A stretch of 64,000 nucleotides of DNA from Camelus ferus (lineage: Eukaryota). The translations under genes and the position numbers were made by a program. Below the pieces are notes generated by a model, which had not been told where the DNA came from, did not search any database, and worked only from the letters and a program-made list of their open reading frames with translations. The stretch lies in contig NC_045698.1 in assembly GCF_009834535.1 (NCBI RefSeq), positions 12,774,001-12,838,000 of the forward strand, given 5' to 3'. The number at the start of each line of letters is the position of its first letter. The first letter of the stretch is position 1. Positions 50,173 to 61,551 of the stretch are shown here, one piece after another.

Positions 50173-53100
50173 ATTTTAAAAATTGGTGCACAAAGCTAAT
50201 GAGGAGTAGATGAGACTGAATGTGAAGTAGATTATTCAGGAGGAGTGAAAAAAATTTAAAGAAGGTTAAAGGAGAGAGCTCTAAAGAATAATTATTTTCA
50301 CAAGATGAGAATAAAAGAGAAACCAGTAGAATTTTAAAAGAAATGAAAAGAGACTGGAGTTTACTTTTAACCATGCAGGAGAGAGTGATGAAAGTTAAGG
50401 AAGAAAATAATTCTAGAATTGAGTGTATGTTTAAGAGTATTGAAAATTACAGAAAGACCAAGTAGAATAAGACATAATTCTTATAGACCCAGGTGATGAC
50501 TAAATGATGCTTCTGAATACCTCACTCTTGGAAAATACTTAAATATTTAGCTTATCACCCAGAATGTACCCAGAATGTATGTGACCCCCTGGTTAAGGCT
50601 GGCAGCCTTTGCTTTCCTATGAAATTTATGACCCTACAATCAGAGAGCTGGTTCCTAACCGATGTGGTACTTGGGGTTCCTAACCTCTTTCCTGTTCCTG
50701 ATCTCTGAAAACCACAAATCTCTAAAGGTTGTTAACTGGAGTATAAAAAAAAAAACAACAGGAATCGAGTCATTGTTTTATTTTTAATGATAAATCTATA
50801 TCATTAATGCAAAGTTTCAGAAAATAAAGGAATATGAAACAAAGGAAGAACATATAGAAATGTGTCTTGAAGGACATAAGGTGTGCCAAGATGAAATGCT
50901 CTGCCCAATGATAATTTTTGCTAATTATTTATTGTATATCCTTAAACATTTAATTTTACATTCTCTGGAGTTTTTTCTGTGTAAATACATTTTTAAAGCA
51001 AAAAATTACTATGCATACTATTTCTTATCAGTATTTTAACTAGTCTGTAAAAAAAGTTATTTACATCCTTCTATGCACGCAAGAGCTCAAGATTTCCATC
51101 ATGCATTTTAATGGTCACCTGGGATTCTGTTAGCCCTCCCATAATTTATAGAAATAATTTCCTCTTGATGGGCATTGAGGTATTTCCAATTTTAATATCA
51201 TACATGTAACATCAGGATGGGTATATTTCTACATATATCGTTACACTTTGCTGACTACTTCCTTAAGATACAGTCTCAGAAATGGAATTTCTGTTCAAAA
51301 GTATAAATATTAACATTTTGATCGATGTTGCCAAACTCCTGTCGATAGCTTTGGAGGTTATTACTTTTTCTCCTGTGCTGTTGCCAACAGCAGATTTAAT
51401 GCAATTTTTAAGAAGTGTTTGCTAGCTGGATAAGCTATTGGAGCCTTAACCATTCACTGCCTGGCTCTCCAGGGCTTATCTGTATCTAGGGCTCTTGTGC
51501 AGCTTCTTCCCATGAATCTGTGTTACAGTAATGACAACTTCACAACTCCATCATCTCTCTACAGGGAATTTTCTTAGCATTTTGAAAAAAAAACCCAACA
51601 TATTTGGCTCTTAGATTTTAATAGCAGTCACTCACTGAAAGCTGCTGGATGGACCTCCAGTTTTAAGTGGTACATCTACTGCTGGAATGCTTTGCTAGCA
51701 TCTCCTAGAGGATATGAAGCTTCCTAAAATTGTATTTCCTCTTCCATCCTTGCCCTAAGTCTACTTCTCCAAAAATCTACTCTTCTTCAAATATACCAAC
51801 AGTGTTTACCTTTGTATTGGCTTTTTATCTGGGGCAGAAGACCCTTCCCAAATGATGGTGATAATCGTGCAAATCAATTCAAAGGCAGATATCTTGGACA
51901 AGGCCTGTGACAAGATTTTGTGGCTTAACTTCCAGTCTCCAGAGATTAACTTGCACATGGGACTTTATTCCTTTTTGAATCACACTGAACAGCATTTCAT
52001 TGAAAGAGTTCACAGAATCCAGGCAAGATTTCTAACCTATCTTTGGCATCTGGTATAAAGACTTCTCTGACATAAAATGGAACTTGTGTAACATTGATTG
52101 GAATCACTTGGGAAAAGTGACATCACAAGGAATGGGTGGAGAAATTCCAAGACTTTTGTTTCATGGTCCCTGCCTCCTCATTCCACTGGGGTCTGACAAC
52201 TCGAAACATCTATTCTTACTTCTATATACAAGATTTAATCATACAGACACCTTCATGACTACTACATGCTCCTTTCTTCACTAGAGCGTGAGCTATTTAA
52301 GGTCACAAAATCTTTGTAAATGATCTTTATATTCCCATACTCCCAAATGACTTATTTAGGATTCAAGAGCGACTGAATGAATTAACTTTTAACTATGAGT
52401 CACGCTTTCAAGGGAGGAGTGCAGATATATCAAAGGTATAAAAAATTCCTAAGCTTTTTTCTCATTTTGTTGCCACCTTCATTCTCTCATAACTCAAAGC
52501 CTTCCCAGACATCAGAGGAGGAGTAAATGTCTAACCCTGGCAGTGATTCCTCAGGCATAAGTCCATTTCACATCGCAGGTATTTGGTGCTACTCAGAATG
52601 CGTCTGGTATCTAGTGATTCAAAGGTGTCATTTTCCCTTTTCCCTTGGGAGGGTTCTGATTTTGGTCATGGCTTCACCATGCCATGATGCTGATGTGTTC
52701 CTTTGTTCCAAAGTTTTGGTCTCTTTTCCCAATCGGAGACAACCCTATTCAAGGCACTATTTGATGGAGTGATTTTTGTAATATTGTCTGGGGGTGTCAT
52801 GAGAAAGCACACCCAGCACCTTCTTTCTCCACCAGAGCATGAGCTAGTTAAGGTCCCAAAATCTTTGTAAATGATCTTTATATTCCCCGTACTGGCCCCA
52901 TGAGTTTAGAACCATTTTCAAAAGAAAAGGATCAAGATGCAATGTCGCTTTATGACTATGTCCTCACCTTGGAATCAGGTCCATTTGAAGGGATTTACTC
53001 ATATTGTTCACTTTGGGGTCTAGGACTGTGAGCAGAAAGAAAAGGGGCCAGTTTTCTTTCTCTTCGAGCATCTGATGCTACAGCCTCAAGTGGAATATTT

Positions 53101-53332
53101 TTATTTGTAATAATTTCTGTGTCTTGTGTCAATTAACAATTGTGGTTTGATATCTATTCTTCACCTTGAACTTCTTGAATTCTGGGCAAGAACAGGAGAT
53201 AAGTCATGAAATTTGATTTACAGGAAGCTTATTATTTAGTAAAGATGAGACAGAGTTAGATAAATGGAGGAAAATATTCATTGGGACAGGATGCAGCATT
53301 TTTGAATGTGTAATTTTGCCTTTGGTTAATGT

Positions 53333-53542
53333 CAGTGGTTCCCAAGCTTGTTTGCATGTTAGAAACCCCCAAGGTGCTTTAATAATCACAATTACAACAA
53401 CAACACTAACAATAAAGGATAAATAATCAAGGCCAAGGTCCTATCCCAAACATTCTGATTCAGTCCTGGGAATTTTATTTGTATGTTGATAGTTTTAAAA
53501 CCTTTAAGTGATTCCAATATGCAGCCTGCTTGAAAACCACAG
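53333..53542. mobile_element. MER5A-like hAT-Charlie MITE
   Basis: cagtggttcccaagcttg..gcatgttagaa..attctgattcag..gtgattccaatatgcagc..ttgaaaaccac (degenerate TIRs). Confidence 0.7.
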
Positions 53543-54607
53543 GTCTGTGTAGCAATATCCCACTGTATTCTGAAATTGTCTCTTAATGTTTCCCTAATAA
53601 TCTTGTCACGGTTTTCTTAGTTGCCCACAGCATTTGTAACATTGCAATTTTCAAACATCCTTCATGTTAAAATAAGAAAATTGTGGTTTTTGTAAATAAG
53701 AAAATGTATTTTTATCTATTTTTCCTCAAAATGTGTTTTCATGCGGTAGAATGACAGTCCTCACATGTGTGGGGAATGCAATGATTTCCTTGGCTTCCCT
53801 GGTTTTATCAGGGCTTTGTCCAAAGGCCTTCAGACACTGTGGAGCCCATCACTGACCTGCTAATAAATACATACGGTTTTGTTCCACTATATGCCAACTA
53901 AGTGATCTGTTTTCAGTCAGTTAGAAACAACTTTAATCCCTAACTGAGGTGCACATCTCCTAACCCAATGCTCTTCAAAGTAACTTGACTCTTGTATTAC
54001 CTGTGACTATCTGCTTCTTGGCCACCTTTGGCCCCTGAGTCTTTACGAAGGTCATGTGACATTTCTGCTCTCTAAAAATGAGGGAGACAGATGACAGGGC
54101 TTCTATAAGACAACCTTTTACCTTTAGGTTTAATGAACTGTGTTCTAAATAAACAACAGTCCACTGAACACTACTCATACCTAACATGTCTTCATGTCTT
54201 CATTTTGTTGTTGTTATTGTTGAGCTAATTAAAGCAACATCAAATTGTTAGGACAGGGCTGTGAACTTCTAGCATGTGCACATGCATCCAGTAATTCATT
54301 AAAAATGTAGGACTGAAATCTAATATCTCTTCTGGCTATCACAGGAGTTATACACTTTGATAAGACGCAATCCTTGGTCTTGATAAATTTACAAATTCTC
54401 ATCAAGGAGTCAAGGAATGAGCATAGAAACAAAATACAGGGTCACACGTCTATGAGACTGGTATGCTTTAAATTATAGTATTTGGAGGAAATCTTTTTCA
54501 CCAGCATGAGATGTGGAGAATACTGAACAAATGAAGAAGCCCCTGCCCCTGCTTCTCTTAGCATCGTTTCTTGCCCACTGTAATCACTGTAAGCAGAGGA
54601 TCTTTTC

Positions 54608-55345
54608 AAAAATTAATTTTTGAAGTAATTGTAGATTCACATGTGGTTGTAAAAAATAATGTGGCGCCATCCCATACATCCTTAACCTAATTTCTTACAA
54701 CGGTAATTTGAAAAAGTTGCAAAACTATAGTACAATATCAGAACCAAGATACTGGCATTGATACAACCCACCAGTTTATTCAGATTTTCCCAGTTTTACT
54801 TGTATTAGTAAATGTGTGTGTGCACACATGTGTATGTAGATCTATGTGATCTTATCATATTTGTAGGTTCCTGTGCCCACCATGAGATTCAAGACACAGA
54901 ACAGTTTCATCACGACAATGATCTCTCTCTTTGCCTTTTATGGCCACTCACCTCTTTCCCATTACCCACTCCTTCCTTATCCCTAAATCCCAGCAACCAC
55001 TAATCTGCTATTTCAATAAATTCGCCATTTCAAGATAGTTATATAAATTGGACCATACAATATTAACCTTTTGAGCCTTGGCTTTCCCACTTAACATAAT
55101 TTCCTTGAGATTTATCCAAGTTATTACATGTATCAATAGACACCTCTTTTTATTGCTGAGCAGTATTTTATGATATCCCATGGTGCTCCATGGTATTCTG
55201 TGGTATGGATGAATACAGTCTGCTTAATCGTGCCCTCACTGAGGGCTATATATTCTGTTTTCAGTTTTTGGCTATTACAAATAAACCTGCTATGAATGTT
55301 CATGTCTGGGTTTTAATATCTCTAGGATTAAACGCCCAAGAGTGC
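54608..55345 (-). mobile_element. Old L1 (L1MC-like) 3' end
   Basis: taattgtagattcacatg..aaactatagtacaatatca..cccagcaaccactaatctg..ttattgctgagcagta..ttttggctattacaaataaa. Confidence 0.85.
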
Positions 55346-57270
55346 AAGTGTTGAATAACAGTAGTAATGACATAGATGATCTCTTAGAAATGCAATCTGA
55401 TTGAGTCACTTCCCCTTTTTAAATCATTTCAATATTCTCCCACTACTCTTAGCAACAAAAGAGTAGACATCAGTCCTACAAAGCCCCGAAAAATCGGGAG
55501 TTTGCTGTACTTTCTCTTCTCATCCACTGCCTTTTCCTCCCTCTGCTTCTCCCCTCCAGACGCATGGGCCCTCTTTTAGCTTCTTAAATGTGTCATGTTT
55601 TTATCTGACCATAAATGTCCTATAACAGTAGCAGCAAAGCCCTTAATACCAGTAGAATGCCAATGGAATGGCTGGTCTGCCACTAGATTGGACTTACATG
55701 AGTTCTTTTTCCTCATCATCCAGCTCACAATCCCCATGCTCTTCACATCAAACCCAGTTCTCTTAAAACCTATTTTTGCCTTAATAAAGCTCATGCCACC
55801 CACGTTCACAAGTGTACATTCTTCTCTCACCTCCACCATTACACCATTTCATTAGATAATGTGTCCTAACAATTCAACTTACTATCAAGTCAATATGTGC
55901 TGTTTGACTTAATCTGAGTTAATATCTATTTATTTTGATGTATCAATTCTTTTCCTTTGGTGGTAAAAGCCAGTTCTTACACGATTTGAAATTTAGTCTT
56001 GACATGAGTTAATTTTTATTAATATGGGGATATCTGTCCAATGATGAAATGATGGATTTTTTTTAACAACAAAAATATGTGACTCATCTGATGGTCTTTA
56101 AAATCAGGACAAGTAGAATAAAGTCTAAAATTATAAATGAAAATGATACTTATTTGCTTTCAGTTTGGTCCCTAAATGTGATCTTATTTACACTAAACTA
56201 AGCCAATGCCAAATTTATTATATAAATAAGTAAGTAAATAACATGACTGTGTTCTCTGTTTCTCTGCATCATTTCTCATGCCTCATATTTTCTTCACACC
56301 CACTTGGACTATCTGCCGAAATAGTTTAGTATTGAATAGACTATAAACTAATTGTTTAAAAAATATATATTTACACGTTTTTTTTTTCTTCAAGCTTTAT
56401 ATCTTAAGTTTTTTGTTCTTCAACTTTCATAGTTTACCTCCTATTCTATCTGGTTTCTTCATTAAGAGACTAGCACCAGTAGTCTCTACTGTAGGAGAGA
56501 ACAATTCTCTTCATTCCAAGAATTAGGTAAATGGCCTCAGAGTTATCTGTAAAATGGAAAAAGTTAAACAATGATATATTTGACTTTCATTTAAGACCAT
56601 CAAACTGATATATAATGGAAGATAAGTCACATTTAAGAATTTATAAAAGAACTTGTTAGAGTGAGATTTTTTTTGCCTTGTTAACTATAAATTTTGAAAG
56701 CTTCCATCATTCATGGGATTCAGATTTTCAATGGAAATAAAACATCCTATCACATTTAAATTATCTTAGGATATTCAACTATTATTTCATGATGTTTAAG
56801 ACCTTTAAAAAATAAACCTGATTAACTCTAACAATGGGCAGTGAGAAAAAGATAAATTTAATCTGTAGGTAATAGATAACTTAATATGCTTTACACAATC
56901 TTATTTTCTGTACATTAACATAGAGAATCTTAACTTGATTTATGCAACTTGCCGAATTTCCGAAGTACTAACACTGGATGGTCAAATGAGCAGGAATGTA
57001 TATATCCATACAATTGATCTGTAAGCTTTGTAGTCCAAATATACACATTGGAATAAAAGATTTCTTATAATCAACAGAGATGATCAATTCTCAATATCTA
57101 CTGCCTTTGAAATATTATTAAATTATTCTCATTTTCTGTTTATTTATTTATTAAATTATTAGTTAATTTGATAAATATTTAACATGTACCTACCAGGTAC
57201 CTAACTCTACACTAGGTACAAAGATGTATTAATGGGCATAAAACACATGGGGTTTCAGGCAAAGAGACTG

Positions 57271-57874
57271 GTAGTTTTGCACAGCAAAGGAAACAGTAAG
57301 CAAAACAAAAAGACAGCCTACAAAATGGGAGAGAATATTTGCAAACGGTGTGGCAGTCAAGGGCTTAATTTCCAGAACATAGAAACAGCTCATACTACTC
57401 AGTAACAAAAAAATTAACGACCCAAGCAAAAAAATAGGCAGAGGATCTAAACAAACATTTCTCCAATGAAGACATACAAATGACCAATAGACACATGGAA
57501 AAGTGCTCAGTATTAGAGAAATGCAAACCAAAACCACAATGAAGTATCACCTCACACGAGTCAGAATGGTCATCATTAAAAGTCCACAAATAATCAGTGC
57601 TGGAAAGGGTGTGTAAAAACGGGAACCCTCCAACAATGTTGGTAAGAATGTAGTCTGGAGCAGCTATTAAGAAAAACAGTATACAGATTCCTCAAAAAAC
57701 TAAAAAATAGACCTACCATACAATCCAGCAATCCCACTCCTGGACATATATCCGGAGCAAACTCTAATTCAAAAAATGCATGCACTCAATGTTCATAACA
57801 GCACTACTTAAAATAGCCAAGACATGAAAGCAACCTAAATGTTCATCAACAGAAGACTAGATAAAGAAGATGTG

Positions 57875-57911
<37 letters not shown>

Positions 57912-58112
57912 TGAATACTACTCAGCCATAAAAAAGACTAAAATAATGCTATTTGCAGCAACATGAATGGACCTGGAGATGGTCATACTAAGTGAAGAAA
58001 GACAGAAAGAGAAAGAAAAATACCATATGATATCACTTATATGGAGAATTTAAAAATAAATGAGACAAGTGAACTTATTTACAAAACAGAAACAGACTCG
58101 CAGACATAGAAA
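57271..58112 (+). mobile_element. L1 fragment (degraded ORF2 C-terminus plus partial 3'UTR), truncated at both ends
   Basis: tgcacagcaaaggaaac..aatgggagagaatatttgcaaac..tcagaatggtcatcattaaaaag..tccagcaatcccactcctgg..aacagactcgcagacatagaa; no poly-A tail. Confidence 0.92.
57877..57908 (+). repeat. (AC)n microsatellite inside L1
   Basis: About 16 AC units. Confidence 0.97.
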
Positions 58113-58784
58113 GCCAAATGACGTTATGAAGCACTGTGCAGACAAAGGTTTCACATGAATTTGAGTAGAGAAAAGGGTGGGTGAGTTGAGTTAGCAAGTG
58201 ACACACAGTAGCATAGACATGCCTAATGCTTCTGAAACCATGATGTGACATTCAGTACAATATTCAAATTTCAAACAGATTAAATTTCAAGATAATGTAC
58301 CACCTTAAATTAATAACATTAATTTCAATTTTATTGGCTTTATAATTTGGTTCCTATTTAATTTGTTTCTGTGGCTAAGTCCTCTGAGCATAAGACCTAG
58401 ATGTATATTTATAGACATTTATAAGCATAATCAAAGTAACATGAATCTACAGTGGGTAGAAGGGTTCATATTTTTTTCCTTTAAAAGGTCTGGTTGGATT
58501 TTATAAACATTATTTTATAAAGTGAATCATGGATAACCCTGAAGTCATCCTAGCCTGCTCCTATGCCAAAGATAACTAGATATGTCTGTTTCTGCCCTAG
58601 CCTACCTTTGCTGTTCTACGTTGTTAAATAGCAATCAATACACTCTGTGTGTTTTTAGATTTGCCCCAGGGATTTCATACTCTAATCCAAGGAACAGATA
58701 ATCAAAAGGCCTTAAAGTATGTCTGAGTAGTGTCTACTGGAGTCCTTCATTCACTGTGCACAATGAATGTTTACATAGAATTTT

Positions 58785-59015
58785 TAAAAACATTTTTATT
58801 GAGTTATAGTCATTTTACAATGCTGTGTCAAATTCCAGTGTAGAGCACAATTTTTCAGTTGTACATGAATATACGTATATTCATTGTCACATTCTTTTTC
58901 TCTGTGAGCTACCACAATATTGTATATATTTCCCTGCGCTATACAGTATAATCTTGTTTATCTATTCTGCATATGTCTGTAAGTATCTACAAATTTTGAA
59001 ATCCCAGTCTGTCCC
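58785..59015 (-). mobile_element. Short, young 5'-truncated L1 3' end with perfect TSD
   Basis: Antisense L1 3'UTR; identical 14-bp TSD ttacatagaatttt (58771-58784 / 59016-59029); TT/AAAA endonuclease site. Confidence 0.92.
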
Positions 59016-60160
59016 TTACATAGAATTTTAAAGATGGTAGTATTTAATTTGCTAAGGAAAATCAGGAGTGTTTATGCAGAGAAAACTTGTAAGGAAACTT
59101 GATAAAGAAGCTCTAACCAACATCAAATGGATCAACTGAAGTCAAACCTTTGCTCTGTGCTCACAGTAGGCAGTGGCCCATTTTCATGGAACAGCACAGC
59201 CAAGAAGCACCTTGGAGGTCATTTACGTGGTGTGCTTCGTGCTGTCTCTGGAACCTCAGGAGGCTAAGGGTCTTATTAAGGCTGTTTCGTAAGCTAAGAG
59301 AAACATGACGGTCAGGACTCTGATGTCTTAAAAGAATATAGGTCTTTTTTTCCCTGTATCATGTATTTTTTTTGAAAACAGAACTGGCTATTTGGCAGTG
59401 GGCATGGGGAGTGAAAGCATGTGTTACAAGCTGGTTCACTAAGCAGTGGCTTATGCCCTTTTTGCTCAGGGTCTGATTGCCATGTGCTTGAGTAACTCAA
59501 CAGTGTACTCATAAATTATGGTAAAAGCTATAAATAGATCAATCTGAAGTATACATTTAGAGAAATTGATACTCTGGTAAGCAATCTTTGCAAGCTTTCC
59601 AGGGAAAAAAGCACATCTTTATAATCAAGGAAATAGCATTAACAACCACAACCCTTTTAGCGCCTTTTATACAAATCTCCAAGGTGAATTCCACAAAAGT
59701 ATTTTATCAGGAAATATTCAGTTAAAAAAAAGATGCTGTGAAGATTCAGTTTTTTATAAAAAGATGACAGCATAAATTACAAATTATTATATAAAACATG
59801 ATGGAGACTGAGCAGTTTGAATGTTTCCTGTGGAAGTCATAGTTCTGAAGAAGAATAAAAAAGAAAATGGAACATAATCAAATAATTTAATTCAAAGACT
59901 TTGGGGGAAAAAAATCAATGCTTATTTTGAGGGAATCATTCATGAAACTGGCCTTTTGAGTAAGCTGATGTAGCTGGACAATCATTTGTAGTGGCTGTGT
60001 TTAGGTTGGGGGGTATATTTATTCTCAGCCTTTGCTACAAAATGCCGAAATGATGAAATTCATTGATCGTGACCTAAATAAATACCACAGGGAAAATACC
60101 TGCAGTTGGAAAATAGAGGGTTCAGCTTTAAAACTTTGAGATTTTCAAAATGACTCCTTC

Positions 60161-60264
60161 ACGCCGAGTGCGGCGGTAGCTGGGCAGCTTTCTTCTTTCT
60201 GGAGCAATCGGTACATGTACCTGTCGGCCATGTTTTCTTTCTTAGCTACTGTTGCCAAGGTAAC
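60161..60264 (-). promoter_or_regulatory. Candidate RFX-driven promoter/enhancer with small CpG cluster
   Basis: X-box GTTGCCAAGGTAAC (60251-60264). Six CpGs in 60161-60226. Minus strand reads AAAACATGGCCGACAG|GTACAT. Confidence 0.45.
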
Positions 60265-60717
60265 CACATCCTTTGTACAAGCCCAGGATAGCTGCTGCTT
60301 TTTGGAAATGGACTCTGGGCTGGTTGCCAGATTTTCAATTCTCATATTCAGGACTTTACTTTAGCTTACTTAACCCTTTCACTGGCCTGAGAAAATATTG
60401 AGTACAAAAGCTTTTTAATTTTGTTATCCCCTGAAGGAAGCAGAAACTAGCACATGACTGAAATCTAGAAATACCCTTTTGCCTGGACGTATGCTATGTT
60501 GACAAGGAAAATACAGAAGATTTTTTTTTTTAAATAAAATAAGGGCAGACAAACATGACTGATGTATTTCAGAACATCACAGTTCAGAGGTGATGATTTA
60601 AATCCAGTGTACTGTTCTCTGATTCTAGTTCAAGGCAGAGGAAAACTTATCTCACACTAGTACGAGGCAGTGGCTTTTTAGTATACTCCTTACTATTTTT
60701 TACTGAAATGCAAAATG

Positions 60718-60754
60718 TATTATTATTATTGTTGTTGTTGTTGTTGTTATTATT
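60718..60754 (+). repeat. (TAT)n/(TGT)n compound microsatellite
   Basis: tattattattattgttgttgttgttgttgttattatt. Confidence 0.9.
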
Positions 60755-61111
60755 ACAAAAGAGAAAATAAAATCTTCTAACCCAGTCTCCTTATAATCAT
60801 TTGAAAAAATCGTATCCCTCAATTGTTCGGTTTCTTTGTTCCTGTCTCATTAGATTTCAAGATTTGAGAAGAGGCTTGACAGGTCTTCCAGTCTAACTTC
60901 TGATTCTTTCCTACTCATCATCTTGTGACATTGTTCACTATATTTTCAAGATGTTAATGATTAGAAATTCTTCATATTTTGATGAAGTGTGAGTTTCTAT
61001 CCATCTCTTTGTTCTCTGTCTCTGTTTTGAAGTTATGCGGGAAAAATCTAGACCTTTGTCCCTCTCAGAGCTCTTGAGAAGAACTGAAGACGGCTCTCAC
61101 CCCTCCCCAAG

Positions 61112-61551
61112 GGTAGCAGCCGTGGAAGTGTGCCTTCAAAAGATCTGCTGGATGAGCAGATCTGATTGACAGCCTCCAATGGCTGCACCCGTGGAGGCAC
61201 TGGGGCACTGACAGGAGGACATCCTTCCCCACGTTGCTCCGACTCAGTGACTGAACACAGCTGCCATGCTGGAAGAACACTGTTTCTGCCCTGTAGGAGC
61301 CAAGTTTGCCTCCAGGACTTTCCATAGGTCTGCCCAAGACTTTCACAGAACTGAACTGTGTTCTGAGGCTCTTCCTATACAATCCTCCCTTTCTTCTGTT
61401 TTTCACGGGTGTCAGTGCTGGATCACAGTCTTAAGACTCTTCTGACCTATTCCTGCTCTCTCCCTTCTGTCCTTGGAAGACATTTTCCAATAAATCTCTT
61501 GTATATCCAATCCCGTCTTGACATCTGCTTCTTGGGGGGCTCAAGCTGACA
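61112..61551 (+). mobile_element. ERVL solo LTR (LTR16A-like)
   Basis: Ends ccaataaatctcttgtatatccaatcccgtcttgacatctgcttcttggggggctcaagctgaCA; internal cagtgactgaacacag..tctgaggctcttcct. Confidence 0.75.

Noticed and set aside
8559..50580. Tiny tandem duplications (ggcaaacagtga at about 8559/8575, cctgcaca at about 34657, acccagaatgt at about 50557)
   Set aside because: Ordinary slippage products with no supporting context.
57271..59015. Twin-priming inversion joining the plus-strand L1 and the minus-strand L1 3' end
   Set aside because: They are about 670 bp apart and the second element has its own perfect TSD, so they are independent insertions.
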